This document shows positions 1 to 14,200 of a stretch of 64,000 nt of DNA, piece by piece (position 1 is the first letter of the stretch; each line of letters begins with the position of its first letter). Position numbers and translations under genes: made by a program. The notes below the pieces were generated by a model. It did not search any database. It saw only the letters and a list, made by a program, of their open reading frames with translations, and was not told the origin of the DNA. The DNA comes from the human T2T-CHM13v2.0 reference genome, Homo sapiens: the NCBI RefSeq assembly GCF_009914755.1, contig NC_060930.1; one strand, written 5' to 3'.

Positions 1-225
1 GTGATCTAGTGCATAGCAAGGTGACTGCAGTTAATTATAGTGTATTGTATGTATCAAAATTGCTAAAAGAAGGAATTTTAAATGTTCTCACCACAAATAA
101 ATGATAAATATATGAGGGGATGGATACGTTAATTAGCCTGATCTGCTAATTCCCCAATGTATACATGTATCACAATGTCACATTTTACCCTATGGTATAG
201 AAAATTATTATTTGTCAATTAAAAA
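1..225 (+). mobile_element. L1M (L1MA/MB-type) 3' UTR fragment
   Basis: Typical old L1 3' end: ...aaatgttctcaccacaaataaatgataa...gatggatacgttaattagcctgat...tttgtcaattaaaaa. Confidence 0.8.
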
Positions 226-599
226 TTTTTCAAAGAGGGCAATGATAGCTTCCTGATATGAGTAGCAAAAAAAACAAAATGGCAGCACAAGCCAAAGTTT
301 AACAGAGAGAATCAGGGAAAGAACATCTAAGAAGGGCCCAGATGGGATAATAGTCAACTCTAGGAGTTAGGAAGACTGTGTACATATGCTGGGCTTCACT
401 CAGGAGCAATCGGAGAAAGGCACAGGGCATACCTGAAAACATTTCCAAAGCCACATGCAGATTCATCAAAAAGAGACAAAGCTTCATTGACACAAGGGGT
501 TTAAGCACAATTCCTGACCAAACACTATAAATTACTGAACTATAAATTACTCTGACCCAAGAACAACTCATAGGAAGTCAGGTTTAAAAATAAAATTAA

Positions 600-920
600 G
601 ACTAGGTACAGTGGCTCATGCTTGTAATCGCAACACTTTAGGAGGCTGAGGGGGTGCGGATCACTTGAGGTCAGGAGTTCAAGACCACCCTGGCCATCAT
701 GGTGAAACACCATCTCTACTAAAAATACAAAAATTAGCCAGTTGTGGTGGTGAGGGCCTGTAATCCCAGCTACTTGGGAGGCTGAGGCAGGAGAATTGCT
801 TGAACTCAGGAGATGGAGGTTGAGCTGAGATCACGCTACTGTGCTCCAGCCTGGATGACAGAGTAAGACTCTGTCTCAAAAAAAAATAAAATAAAATAAA
901 TAAATAAATAAAAATAAAAA
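600..920 (+). mobile_element. Alu (AluS-type)
   Basis: Two-arm Alu with central tactaaaaatacaaaaattagc and (taaa)n tail. Confidence 0.95.
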
Positions 921-1734
921 TAATACATCCCTGGCAATCTGAAAGACTGTTTCATGACAAAGCTGCACACTCAGGAGACATCAGAGAAGGAAAATACAAG
1001 CTACCCATTCCTGGTTGAATATAGGAGAAAAAGATAAACTCCTTGAATTGTGATAGCCTCCATACTACACATACATCCCATGGTAAAGGTTAAAAGTCTA
1101 ACTTACTAGAAGATCTTAAGCACAGTCTCTGACAAATAAGTGGCTTATACTGACCTACAGGCAACTCCTAGGTAGTCAGAATAAAATATAAAACAAGAAA
1201 AAAAATCAGAGAAGGGACATCAAAGGCTGCACACTTCAGAAGAAATAAACTTCACATAGTTAGGTCTGCCAAGTCACTGAACAAATAAACAACCAAAACA
1301 ACAGCATCATTAACTTGGAGAGAGGTCAAAGATCACAACTGAGGGTACTGGTGATCTAAAAACTAAAGAAAACTATATCTAAAAATTAAAGAAAGGTATA
1401 AAAGTGTCTCATCAAATAAAGAATTTCAATAAAGAGAGAAATCATTTTAAAATAATCAAATGGAAATTCTGGAGGTGAAAATTTCAATAACAAATAAAAA
1501 CATCACTAGAAGTACTCAACGGCAAATTTGAATTAACAGGAGAATGAGTCAGCAAACTTGAAGATAGATTTATAGAGATTATACTATCTGAAGAGTACAA
1601 AAAAAGAATAAAAATAACAAACAGTACTTCAGAGAAATGTGGGAAATCATTAAATGCACCAACATATGTGTAATGGGAATAGCGGAAGTGAAGGAGAGAA
1701 AGAAAAATACAGAAAAATATCTAAACAAATAAAG

Positions 1735-2915
1735 GTTGATGAAACCAAAAGCACAAGTATAAAACAAAAATAGGCAAATGGAATTATATCAAACTAAAAA
1801 TCTGCACAGCAAAGGAAACAATCAACAGAGTGAAGAGACAACATATGGAATGAGAGAAAATGTTTGCAAGTCGTACATCTGATAAGAGGTTAACATCCAA
1901 AATACATAAGGAACTCCAATAAATCAATAGTAAGAAAACAAATAACCTGGTTACAAAATAGGCAAATAATCTGAATAGACATTTCTCAAAAGAAGACATA
2001 TAAGTAGATAACAGGTATATGAAAAAATGCTCAAAATCACAAATCATCAGAGAAATGCAAATTAAAACCACAATGAGATATGGCCTCACACCTCTTAGAA
2101 TGGCTGTTATCAAAAAGATGAAAGATAACAAGTATTGGAGAAGATGTGAAGAAAAAGGAACACCTGCATACTGCTGGTGGGAAAGCAAATTAGTGCCATT
2201 ATTTAAAAAAAAAAAAAGGAAGTTTCTAAAAAAATTGAAAATAAAACAACCATATGACCACCATTCCACTCCTGAATATATATCCAAAGTATATGAAATC
2301 AGTATATCAAAGAACTATCTCCACTCCCATGTTCATCACAGCATTATTCACAATAGCCAAGATATGGAATCATCCTAACTGTTCATCAACAGATGAATGG
2401 ATAAAGAAAATGTGGTATATGTACACATCAAAGTACTATTCATCCATAAAAAAGAAGAAAATCCTGTCATTTGCAACAATATGGGTAAACTGGATGAACA
2501 TTGTGTTACATGAAATAAACCAGGCACAGAAAGATAAAAACCACATGATCTCACTTATATGTAGAATGTATAACAATTAAACTCATAGAAGTAGAGAGTA
2601 GAATAGTGGTTACCAAAGGTTTGGGATTGGGGAATACTTGAGGAGATGTTGGTTAAAGGACATAAAATTTCATTTAGATAGGAGGAATAAGTTTAAGAGA
2701 TCTATTTTACAGCATGGTACATAGTTAATAACAATGTATTGTATTCTTGAAAATTCCTAAGAGAATAAATTTTAAGTGTTCTCACCATAAAAAAATAAGT
2801 ATGTGAAGTAATAGATGTATTCATTAGCTTGGGTGAGCCATTCCACAATGTACACATATTTCAAAACATGTCGTATATGATAAATATATACAATTTTTAT
2901 ATGTGAATTAAAAAA
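1735..2915 (+). mobile_element. 5'-truncated L1MA (ORF2 C-terminus plus 3' UTR)
   Basis: ORF-track peptides [13 protein letters not shown] and [16 protein letters not shown] are ORF2p C-terminal motifs; L1MA-type 3' UTR at 2580-2915. Confidence 0.9.
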
Positions 2916-3929
2916 TCAAGAAATAGTGTCTGAAAATTTCTCAAATTTCACCAAAAAATCCCCAATAATCTACACATTCAATAAGCTCAACAAGCTTCAG
3001 GTAAGAGAAATGCAAAGAGAGCCACACACAGACACATCATAGTTAAGACAAAGAGAAAAATCTCAAAAAAGAGTAAGAGAAAATGACTCATCATGCACTA
3101 GGGAGCACTAATAAGATTAACAGCTTACTTCTTATCAGGGATAACAGAGGCCAGTAGACATTAGAATAACATATTCATACTGTTGAAAGTAAAAAAAAAA
3201 ACAAAAACAAAAAACACAAAACACACACACACAAAAACTGTCAACAAAGAATCTCAGATCCAGAAAAAACGATTTTTCAAAAATGAAGGTGAAAAGGTGA
3301 TAAAGAAGAGCTAGCAGATGTGCTTCTAAGAAATAGACAGTTATTTAGGCTGAGAGCAAGTTACAGCAAACAGTATTTTGAATCAATATAAATAAACAAG
3401 GAGTGCCAGTAAGATAATTAAGTAGGTAATTCTAAAAGATAAAGCAATTCCATATTGCTTCTCCTTTCTTCTCTTAATTGATTTAAGGACAATTATATGA
3501 AACAATATGTATTGTGTTGTGTTATATTGTACTGTACTGTAGGGTATATAACATACAGAAATGTAATATATTTGACAATAACACAACAAAAAAGGCAGGT
3601 GAGAATGTAGCTTTATTGCACTAAGGAAATGATGCCAGATGGTAACTTGAATCCAAAAGAAGAAAATAAGAGAATCAGAAATAGTAAATTGGAAGTTTAA
3701 TAAACTCTATAACTACATCCTTTCTGTCAGCTTCTCTAAAAGACATATGTTTTATATAAAGTAATAATTATAAAAGTGTAATATTGTGTTTGTAAGCAAT
3801 ATACCTGTAATAGGTATAATATTTGGATTTTTAAAAATGGTGAAGAGGGATTAGAGTTATATAGAAGTTTCTACATGTCACTGGAACTAAGTTATGACAG
3901 ATCTTATCCAGTTCTGTTTTTCAAAAAAG

Positions 3930-4145
3930 GAAATTTTATCTTTCATAGTTCTGGAGGCTGGGAAGTCCACATCAAAGTTCAAGTTTATTTGCTTTCTTGT
4001 GAGGGCTCTCTTCCAATTTTGCACTTGATGGCCTTATCTAGGGTCCCATCTTCATTACTATTGATACATCTAACCCTGATTATCTCCCAAACACTCCATC
4101 TTAAATACCATCATATTTACTGGATGTTAGGGGTTCAAGTGTGTA
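3930..4145 (-). mobile_element. MaLR LTR fragment (MLT1/MST-like)
   Basis: tttcatagttctggaggctgggaagtccacatcaaag...gagggctctcttcc, a MaLR core motif. Confidence 0.55.
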
Positions 4146-4189
4146 TCATACTGTTCTTATGGTGTCCATATATATATTATATATAGTTC

Positions 4190-4910
4190 TCCATCTTTGC
4201 TTTCGTTGCCTGTGCTTTTGATGTCCTCTCAAGAAATTCTTGCCAAGTCCAGTGTTATGAAGTTTTTCTCCTAAGTTTTCTGCTAGTCATTGTAAAGTTT
4301 CCTCTCTTACATTTTTATATTTAATTTATCTTAAGTTGATTTTTTAATATATGATGTAAAATAAGGGTCTAATTTCATTGTTTTGCAGGTGGATATCCAG
4401 TTTTCCTAACACCATTTGTGGAAGAGACTATCTTTTCCCCATCATGTAGTCTTGGTACTCTTGTCAAAGAACAATTGATTGTGTTTGTGTAGAATTATTT
4501 CTGGGCTCTTTATTATGTTTCATTGGCTTATATGTCTCTTTTAATGCCAGTACCATACTATTTTGATTACTACAGGTTTTTCATATGTTTTGAAATTAGG
4601 AAATGTGATGCCTCCAGCTTTATTCTCCTTTCTTAACATTATTTTGGCAGTTTGTGGTCCTATGTGGTTCTACATGGATTTTAGGATTGTTTTTTATTTT
4701 TATTTTGTTAAAAATTGCAATTGGAATTTTGATACATATTGCATTTCATCTCTAGATCACTTTGGATACTATAGACGTTTTAACAATATTAAGTCTTCCA
4801 ATCCACGAACACAGGATGTCCTTCCACTTATTTGTATTTTCTTTAATGTATTTCAGTACCAATTTGTAGTTTTCACTATATCGGTCTTTTGCCTTCTTGA
4901 TTAAATTTTT
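4190..4910 (-). mobile_element. Old L1M ORF2 fragment
   Basis: Minus-strand ORF 4752-4958 encodes KENTNKWKDILCSWIGRLNIVK (ORF2p). Confidence 0.85.
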
Positions 4911-7900
4911 TCCTATGGAACTATGGAAAAGGAAATTCCTATTTCCTTTACAGGACACATAATTATAGACACATGTGTCCTATTATAGACACATAATTTA
5001 TAAAGATCAAATCAGTGAATTTGGGATCTCCACCTTAAATATTTGTCTTTTCTTTATGCTAGAACCATTCAAATTCTTCTCTTTCAGCTATTTGGAAATG
5101 CACACTAGATTACTATAAACTATAGTCACCCCACTGATCTATCTAACACTGGGTCTTATTTCTTCTATGAAACCATGTATTTGTACCCATTAATCAACTT
5201 CTCTTCAGTCTTTCCTTGATCTTTCCCCTTCCCCATCTCAGCTTCTGGTAACCACCAATCTACTCTCTATCTTCATAAGAGCCACTTTTTTTCGTTTAGC
5301 TCCCACATGAATGATAACATGTGATATTTGTCTTTCTATGCTTGGCTTATTTCACTTAACATAATGAACTCCAATTTTCATTCATGCTGCTGCAAATGAC
5401 AGGATTTCATTCTTTTCATGGCTGAATAATAGTCCGTTATATATTTATACCACATTTTCTTTACCCATTCATCCACTGAGGGACACTTAGATTGATTCCA
5501 TATTTTGGCTATTGTGAATACTGCTGCAATAAACATAGAAGTGCAGGTGTCTTTTGAATATATACATTTCCTTTTTTATACTTAGTAGTGGAATTGCTAG
5601 ATCCTATGGTAATTCTATTTTTAATTTTTTGAGGAATCTCCATATTGTTCTTTACAGTAGCTGTACTAATTTACATTTCCACCAACAGTATATGAGGCTG
5701 TCCTTTTCTCCACATCCTCATCAGCATCTGTTATTGCCTGTCTTTCTGACACAAGCCATTTTAACTGTGGTAAGATATTTCATTGTGGTTTTGATTTGCA
5801 TTTCTCTGATGATTAATGATGTTGAAAATTTTTAAATATACCTGTTGCTCATTTGTATGTCTTCTTTTGAGAAATGTCTGTTGAGATCTTTTGCCCATTT
5901 TAAAAAATCTTTAGCCCATTTTTTAAACCCAATTGTTGTTTGTTTTGTTTTGTTTTATTTTGCTCTTGTGTTTGAACTCCTTATATATTATTGTATTGGT
6001 TTGGCTCTATATTATGGTCATTTGTCCCTTGTCAGGTGGGTAGTTTGAAAATATTTTCTCTCATTCTTTTGGCTGTCTCTTCATTTTGCTGATTATTTCC
6101 TATACTATACAGAAGCTTTTTAGCTCAATGTAATCCCATTTGTCTATTATTGCTTCAGTTGTCTGTGCTTTTGAAGTCTTACACACACACAAAAATCTTT
6201 GCTCAGATCAAAGTCCTATAACATTTCTCCAATGTTTTCTTGTAATAGTTTGATAGTTTCAGGTCTTAGATTTAGGTCTTTAATCCATTCTGATTTGATT
6301 TTTGTGTAGAGTGAGAGATAGGGGTCTAGTTTCATTAGTCCACATGTAGTTATCCAGTTTTCCCAACACCATTGATTAAAGAGACTATCCTTTCCTCATT
6401 GTATGTTCTTGTGTGGACTTATATCTGAATTCGCTATTGGTCTACATGTCTGTTTTTATATCAATACCATGCTGTGTTTGTTATCATAGCTTTGAGGTAA
6501 ATTTTGAAGTTAGGTAGTGTCATGCCTCCAGCTTTGTTGTTTTTGCTCAGTATTGGTTTGGCTATTCAGGGTCTTTTGTGGTTATGTATAATTGAGCATG
6601 AAATATTTTCCCATTTTTTGTGTCCTCTTCAGTTTCTTTTATCAGTATATTATAGTTTTCCTTGTATAGATCTTTAACTTTTTTGGTTAAATTGATTCGT
6701 AGGTATTTTATATTCTTTGTAACTATTGTAAATGGAATTGTTTTCTTAATTTATTTTTCATATTGTTTACTGAATTTATCAGTTCTAATAGTTTTTTGTG
6801 GAATCTTTAGGTTTTTAAATATTTGGTAGAATTTAGCAATGGAACCATCAGGTCCTGGGCTCTTCTTTGATGGGGATATTTTTATCACTATTGGTATGTT
6901 CAGGTTTTCTATTTCCTCATGGTTCAACCTTGGTAACTTGTATATATTCAGAAATTTTTTCATTTCTTCTAGGTTTTCCAATTTGTTGGAATATAGTTTT
7001 AAATAATATTCTCCAGTGATACTTTGTATTTCTGTGACATCAGTTGTAATGTCTCCTTTTATATCTCTCATTTTATTTAATTGGGTCTTCTCTCTTTTTC
7101 CTTAGTCTAGCTAAAGGCTTGTCCCTTTTGTTTAACTTTTTAAAAACCATCTTTTTGTTTTGTTAATCTCTGTATTTTTTTAGTCTCAATTTCATTTATG
7201 TCTGCCTTCATCTTTATTATTTCTTTCCACTGTGAATTTTGGGCTTGGCTTATTCTTGCTTTTCTAGTTCCTTAAGGTGCATCATTAGGTTATTTGAAAT
7301 ATTTCTAATTCTTTGATATAAGTGTTTGTTGCTATAAACTTCCTTCTTTAGTATTGCTTTTGCCTTATATCATAAACTTGGGGATGTTGTATTTTCATTT
7401 TCATTTATTTTAAGAAATTTTAAAATTTCCTTCTTAATTTTTTTACTGACCCATTGGTCATTCAGGAGCATGTTGTTTAATCTCCAGGTGTTTGTGTATT
7501 TTCAAAGATTCCTCTTATTGATTTTGATTTCTAGTTTTATTTCACTGTGGTCAGAAAAATACTTAATATAATTTCTAGGTTAAAATTTTTTTCAGACTTG
7601 TTTTGTGGCCTATCATATGTTTTATTCTGAAGAATGTTCCATGTGCTGATGAAAAGGATATGTATTCTGCAGCATTTGGGTGAAATGTTCTGTAAATGTT
7701 AGTTAGGCCTATTAACTATAGTGCATAGTTTAACTCCACTCTTTCTTTGTTGATTTTCTTTCTGGATGATCAGTGCATTACTGGGAGTGGGGTGTTAAAG
7801 TTTCCTAGTATTACTTATTCCAATCTATTTCTCCTTTAACTCTATTAATGTTTGCTTTATATACTTGGGAGTTTTAGTGTTGGGTGCATAGATATTTATA

Positions 7901-8061
7901 ATTGTTATATCCTCATGCCAAATTGACCTGTTATCATTATATATTGACCTTGTCTCTTTTTACAATCTTAAATTTGTAGTCTATTTTATCTGATATAAGC
8001 ATAGCTACTTCTGCTTTTTTGGGGTTTCTAGTTGCATGGAATATCTTTTTCCACACCTTCA

Positions 8062-9153
8062 TGTTGTGGGGAGTCACGGACCCCGAATGGAGGGACCAGA
8101 TGGAGCCGCGGCAGAGGAACATAAATTGTGAAGATTTCATGGACATTTACCAGTTCCCAAAATTAATACTTTTATAATTTCTTATGCCTGTCTTTACTGC
8201 AATCTCTGAAGATAAACTGTGAAGATTTCATGGACATTTATCAGTTCTCAATACTCTTATAATTTCTTATGCCTGTCTTTAATCTCTTAATTCTGTTATC
8301 TTCATAAGTTGAAAATGTACGTCACCTCAGGACCACTATTGTACAAATTGATTGTAAAACATGTGTATTTCAACAATATGAAATCAGTGCACCTTGAAAA
8401 AGAACAGAATAACAGCAATTTTCAGGGAACAAGGGAAGACAACCATAAGGTCTGACTGCCTGTGGGGTCGGGCAGAATAGAGCCATATTTTTCTTCTTGC
8501 AGACAGCCTATAAATGGACATGCAAGTAGGAGACATATCACTGAATTCTTTTCCCAGCAAGGAATATTAATAATTAATACCCTGGGGTAGGAATGCATTC
8601 CTGGGAGGAGGTCTATAAATGGCCACTCTGGGAGTGTCTGTCTTATGCGGTTGAGATAAGGACTGAAATACGCCCTGGTCTCCTGCAGTACCCTCAGGCT
8701 CACTAGGGTGGGGAAAAACCCCACCCTGGTGAAATTGAGGTCAGACTGGTTCTCTGCTCTCAAACCCTGTTTTCTGTTGTTTAAGATGTTTATCAAGACA
8801 ATACGTGCACAGCTGAACATAGATCCTCATCAGTAATTCTAATTTTGCCCTTTGCCTCGTGATCTTTGTTTTGCCCTTTGCCTTGTGATCTTTACTGGCC
8901 TCAGAAGCATGTGACCTTTGTGACCTACTTCCTGTTCATACACCCCCTCCGCTTCTGAAATCCCTAATAAAAGCTTACTGGTTTTGCGGGCTCAGGTGGG
9001 CATCATGGACCTACTGATATGTGATGTCACCCCCGGCGGCCCAGCTGTAAAATTCCTCTCATTGTACTCTTTCTCTTTATTTCTCAGACCGGCTGACACT
9101 TACGGAAAATAGAAAGAACTATGTTGAAATATTGGGGGCTGGTTCCCCCAATA
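8062..9153 (+). mobile_element. MER11 solo LTR (HERV-K11/HML-8 family)
   Basis: Starts tgttgtggggagtcacggaccccgaatggagggacc, ends gaaatattgggggctggttcccccaata; 6-bp TSD ccttca (8056-8061)/ccgtca (9154-9159); 1092 bp. Confidence 0.92.
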
Positions 9154-11294
9154 CCGTCACATTCAGTCTATGTGAGCCTTTATAGGTGAAGTGTGTTTCT
9201 TGAAGGCACCGTATAGTTGGGTCTTATTTCTTTATGCATTCAGCCACTGTGTGTCTTTTAATTTGAGAATTGAGCCCATTTACATTAAGTGTTGTTACTG
9301 ATAAATAAGGACTTACTACTCCCATGTTGTTGCTTGGTTTCTGGTTGTTTTATAGCTCCCCTGTCTCTCTTTCTTTCCTTCTTTCTCTTCTTTTGTGGGT
9401 AATTTTTTTCTGGTAGTATGTTGGTTTTTTAGTTTTTAGTGAGTATTATAGGTTTCTGCATGGTGATTACCATGAGGCTTACACAGATATCTTACAGTTA
9501 TCCTGGGTTATTTTAAACTGAAAATGATTTAACTTTGATTGCAAAGAAAAGTATCAAAACAAACTACACTTTGATACCACCCCCCAAAACACACGTTTTG
9601 ACTTTTCTGATGTTTTAATCTATATCTTTTTATATTGCCTATACTTTAACCAATTGCTGTATTGTTGCTTTTAATAATTTTGTTTTTAGTCTTTATATTT
9701 ATGATATAAGTGGTTTACTTACCACAATTACAGTACTAAAGTATTCTCAATTTGCCTGTTTTCCTTTGCTAGTGAGTTTTATACTTTCAGATGTTTTCTT
9801 GTTACATTGTTAACATCCATTTCTTTCAGATTGAAGAACTCTCTTTAGTATTTCTTATAAGTTAGATCTGGTGTTGATGAATTCTCTAAGTTTTGTTTGT
9901 CTGGAAATGTCTTTTTTTTTAATATTTGAGGGATAGCTTTGCTGGGCACAGTATTCTTAGTTGGCAGAGTAATTCTGTCAGCACTTTGAATATAACATCC
10001 CACTCTCTCCTGGCCTTCAAGGTATTTGTTGAACAATCTACTGATATCTGTATTGGGACTCTGTGAATTTAATGTTTCTTTTCTCTTGCTGTTTTGGGTA
10101 TCCTTTCTTTGTCTTTGATTTTTGATAATTTGACTATAATGTGCCAGGGAAAATTTCTCTTTTCTTATTATACTTTAAGTTCTAGGGTACATGTGCAAAA
10201 CGTAGACGTCTGTTACACGGGTATACATGTGCCATGGTGGTTTGCTGCACCCATCATCTACATTAGGTATTTTTTCTAATGCTATCCCTCCCCCTACCCC
10301 AAACCCTGACAGACCCCATTTTGTGATGATCCCCTCCCTGTGTCCATGTGTTCTCATTGTTCAACTCCCACTTAGGAGTGAGAACATACGGTGTTTGGTT
10401 TTCTGTTCTTGTGTTAGTTTGCTGAGAGTGATGGTTTCCAGCTTCATCCACGTCCCTGAAAAGGACATAAACTCATCCTTTTTTATGGCTGCATAGTATT
10501 TCATGGTGTATATGTGCCACATTTTCTTTATCCATTGATGGGCATTTGAGTTGATTCCAAGTCTTTGCTATTATGAACAGTGCCACAATAAACATATGTG
10601 TGCATGTGTCTTTATAGCAGAACAATTTATAATCCTTTGGATATATACCCAGTAATGGGATTGCTGGGTCAAATGTTATTTCTAGTTCTAGATCCTTGAG
10701 GAATTGTCACACTGTCTTCCACAACAGTTGAACTAATTTACACTCCCAGCAACAGCGTAAAAGCATTCCTATTTCTCCACATCCCCTCCAGCATCTGTTG
10801 TTTCCTGACTTTTTAATGATTGCCATTCTAACTGGCATGAGATGGTATCTCATTGTGGTTTTGATTTGCATTTCTCTAATGATCAGTGATAATGAGCATT
10901 TTTTCATATGTTTCTTGGGGGCATGAATGTCTTCTTTTGAGAAGTGTCTGTTCATATCCTTCACCCACTTGTTGATGGGGTTGTTTGTCTTTTTCTTGTA
11001 AACTTGTTTAAGTTCTTTGCAGATTCCAGATATTAGCCCTGTGTCAGATGGGTAGATTGCAAAAATTTTCTCCCATTCTGTAGGTTGCCTGTTCACTCTG
11101 AGGACAGTTTCTTTTGCTGTGCAGAAGCTCTTTAGTTTAATTAGATCCCATTTGTCTATTTTGGCTTTTGTTGCCATTGCTTTTGGTGTTTTAGTCACGA
11201 AGTCCTTGCCCATGCCTATATCCTGAATGGTAATGCCTAGGTTTTCTTCTAGGGTTTTTATGGTTTTAGGTCTTACATTTAAGTCTTTAATTCA

Positions 11295-11516
<222 letters not shown>

Positions 11517-11995
11517 TCATGCTGTTTTGGTTACTGGAGCCTTGTAGTATAGTTTGAAGTCAGGTAGCGTGATGCCTCCAGCTTTGTTCTTTTTGCTTAG
11601 GATTGTCTTGGCTATGTGGGCTCTTTTTTGGTTCCATATGAAATTTAAAGTAGTTTTTTTTTCCAGTTCTGTGAAGAAAGCCAATGGTAGCTTGATGGGG
11701 ATAGCATTGAATATAAAACTTACTTTGGGTAGTATGGCCATTTTCATGATATTAATTCTTCCTATCCATGAGCATGGAATGTTTCCCCATTTGTTTGTGT
11801 CCTCTTGTATTTCCTTGAGCAGTGGTTTGTAGTTCTCCTTGAAGAGGTCCTTCATATCCCTTGTAAGTTTTATTCCTAGGTATTTTATTCTCTTTGTAGC
11901 AATAGTGAATGGGACTTCACTCATGATTTGGCTCTCTGTTTGTCTGTTATTGGTGTATAGGGATACGTGTGATTTTTTTCACATTGATTTTTTTA

Positions 11996-12112
<117 letters not shown>

Positions 12113-12424
12113 TCATAATTGAATACGCTTTATTTCTTTCTCTTGCCTGATTGCCCCGGCCAGAACTTCAAATACTATGTTGAATAGGAGTGATGAGAGA
12201 GGGCAACCTTGTCTTGTGCTGGTTTTCAAAGGGAATGCTTACAGTTTTTGCCTGTTCAGTATTTTGAGATACGTTCCATCAATACCTAGTTTATTGAGTT
12301 GTTAGCATGAAGGGCTGTTGAATTTTGTCAAAGGCCTTTTCTGCATCTATTGAGATAATCACATGGTTTTTGTCATTGGTTCTGTTATGTGATGGATTAC
12401 ATTTATTGATTTGCATATGTTGAA

Positions 12425-13084
12425 CTAGCCTTGCATCCCAGGGATGAAGCCAACCTGATCATGGTGGATAAGCTTTTTGACATGCTGCTGGATTCTGTTT
12501 GCCAGTATTTTATTGTGGATTTTTGCCTCGATGTTTATCAGGGATATTGGCCTAAAATTTTCTTTTTTTGTTGTGACTCTGCCAGGATTTGGTATCAGGA
12601 TGTTGCTGGCCTCATAAAATGTGTTAGGGAGGATTCCCTCTTTTTCTATTGTTTGGAATGGTTTCAGAAGTAATGGTACCAGCTCCTCTTTGTACTTCTG
12701 ATAGAATTTGGCTGTGAATCCATCTAGCCCTGGACTTTTTTTGGTTGGTAGGCTATTAATTACTGCCTCAATTTCAGAACTTATTATTAGTCTATTCAGG
12801 GATTCGATTTCTTCTTGGTTTAGTCTTGGGAGGGTGTATGTGTCCAGCAATTCGTTTAACATTTTTTCAAGGTTCTTAGCTTCCTTGCATTGGGTTAGAA
12901 CATGCTCCTTTAACTCAGAGGAGTTTGTTATTACCCACTTTCTGAAGCCTACTTCTGTCGATTCGTCAAATTCATTCTCTGTCCAGTTTTGTTCCCTTGC
13001 TGGTGAGGAGTTTTGATCCTTTGGAGGAGAAGAGGCATTCTGGTTTTTGGAGTTTTCAGCCTTTTTGTGCTGGTTTCTCCCCAT
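12425..13084 (-). pseudogene. L1 ORF1-ORF2 in-frame chimeric ORF (219 aa)
   Basis: [15 protein letters not shown]...[11 protein letters not shown] (ORF1p N-terminus) joined directly to [12 protein letters not shown]...GFIPGMQG (ORF2p Z/RT start). Ends at a TAG where ORF2p has Trp. Confidence 0.85.
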
Positions 13085-14189
13085 CTTCGTGGATGTATCT
13101 ACCTTTGGTCTTTGATGCTGTTGACCTTCAGATGGGGTCTCTGAGTGGAAGTACTTTTAGTTGATGTTGCTACTATTCCTTTCTGTTTGTTAGTTTTCCT
13201 TCTAACAGTCAGGCCCCTCTGCTGCAGGTCTGCTGGAGTTTGCTGTAGGTCTACTCCAGACCATGTTTGCCTGGGTATCACCAGCAGAGGCTGCAGACCA
13301 GCAAAGATTGTTGCCTGTTGCTTCCTCCCAGAGTGGCACCCACCAGATGCCAGCGAGAGATCTCCTGTATGAGGTGTCTGTCGGCCCCTACTGGGAGATG
13401 TCTCCCAGTCAGGATACACAGGGGTCAGGGACCCAATTGAGGAGGCAGTCTGACTCTTATCATAGTGTGAATGCTGTGCTGGGAGATCCGCTGCTCTCTT
13501 AAGAGCTGTCAGGCAGGGATGTTTAAGTTTGCGGAAGCCCCACCCACAGCCCCTCCTTCCCCCAGGGAGATGGGGGTTTTATCTATAAGTCCCTGACTGG
13601 GGCTGCTGCCTTTTTTTTCAGAGATGTCCTGCCTAGTGAGGTAGTCTGGCTGCAGCGGCCTTGCTGAGCTGCAGTGGGCTCCACCAGTTCGAACTTCCCA
13701 GCAGCTTTGTTTACATTGTGAGGGTATAACCGCCTACTCAGGCCTCAGCAATGGCAGACGCCCCTCCCCCCACCAAGCTCCAGTATCCCAGGTCGACCTC
13801 AGACTGCTGTGCTGGCAGCGAGAATTTCAAGCCAGTGGATCTTAGCTTGCTGGTCTCCGTGGGGGTGGGACCTGCTGAGCCAGGCCCCGGGGGGAATCTC
13901 CTGGTCTGCCGGTTGCAAAGACCATAGGAAAAGTGCAGTAACTGGGTCGGAGTGCACTGTTCCTCCAGGTACAGTCTCTCATGGCTTCCCTTGGCTATGA
14001 ATGGGTAATCCCCCAACCCCTTGTGCTTCCAGGTGAGGCGATGCCCCACCATGCTTTGGCTTGCCCCTCCATGGGCTGCACCCACTTTCCAACCAGTCCC
14101 AGTGCAATGAACCTCAGTTGCAAATGCAGAAATCACCCACCTTCTGCGTCGATCTTGCTGGGAGCTACAGATCGGAGCTGTTCCTATTC

Positions 14190-14200
14190 AGCCATCTTGC
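14190..14200 (-). promoter_or_regulatory. L1 5' UTR YY1 site / internal promoter start
   Basis: gccatcttg on + = CAAGATGGC on -, the canonical YY1 element at the L1PA 5' end. Confidence 0.7.

Larger units (their letters stand above)
290..3890 (+). mobile_element. Old L1M 5' region/ORF1 remnant, interrupted by an Alu (600-920) and an L1MA (1735-2915)
   Basis: ORF1-like A-rich sequence (caaatggaaattctggag...gaatgagtcagcaaacttgaagataga). It breaks at ~1730 (agaaaaatatctaaacaaata) and resumes at ~2918 (aagaaatagtgtctgaaaatttctcaaattt). Confidence 0.65.

Noticed and set aside
8121-8290. ~90-bp direct repeat resembling a repeat-spacer array
   Set aside because: Intrinsic tandem repeat of the MER11 LTR; not CRISPR (eukaryotic DNA, no unique spacers).
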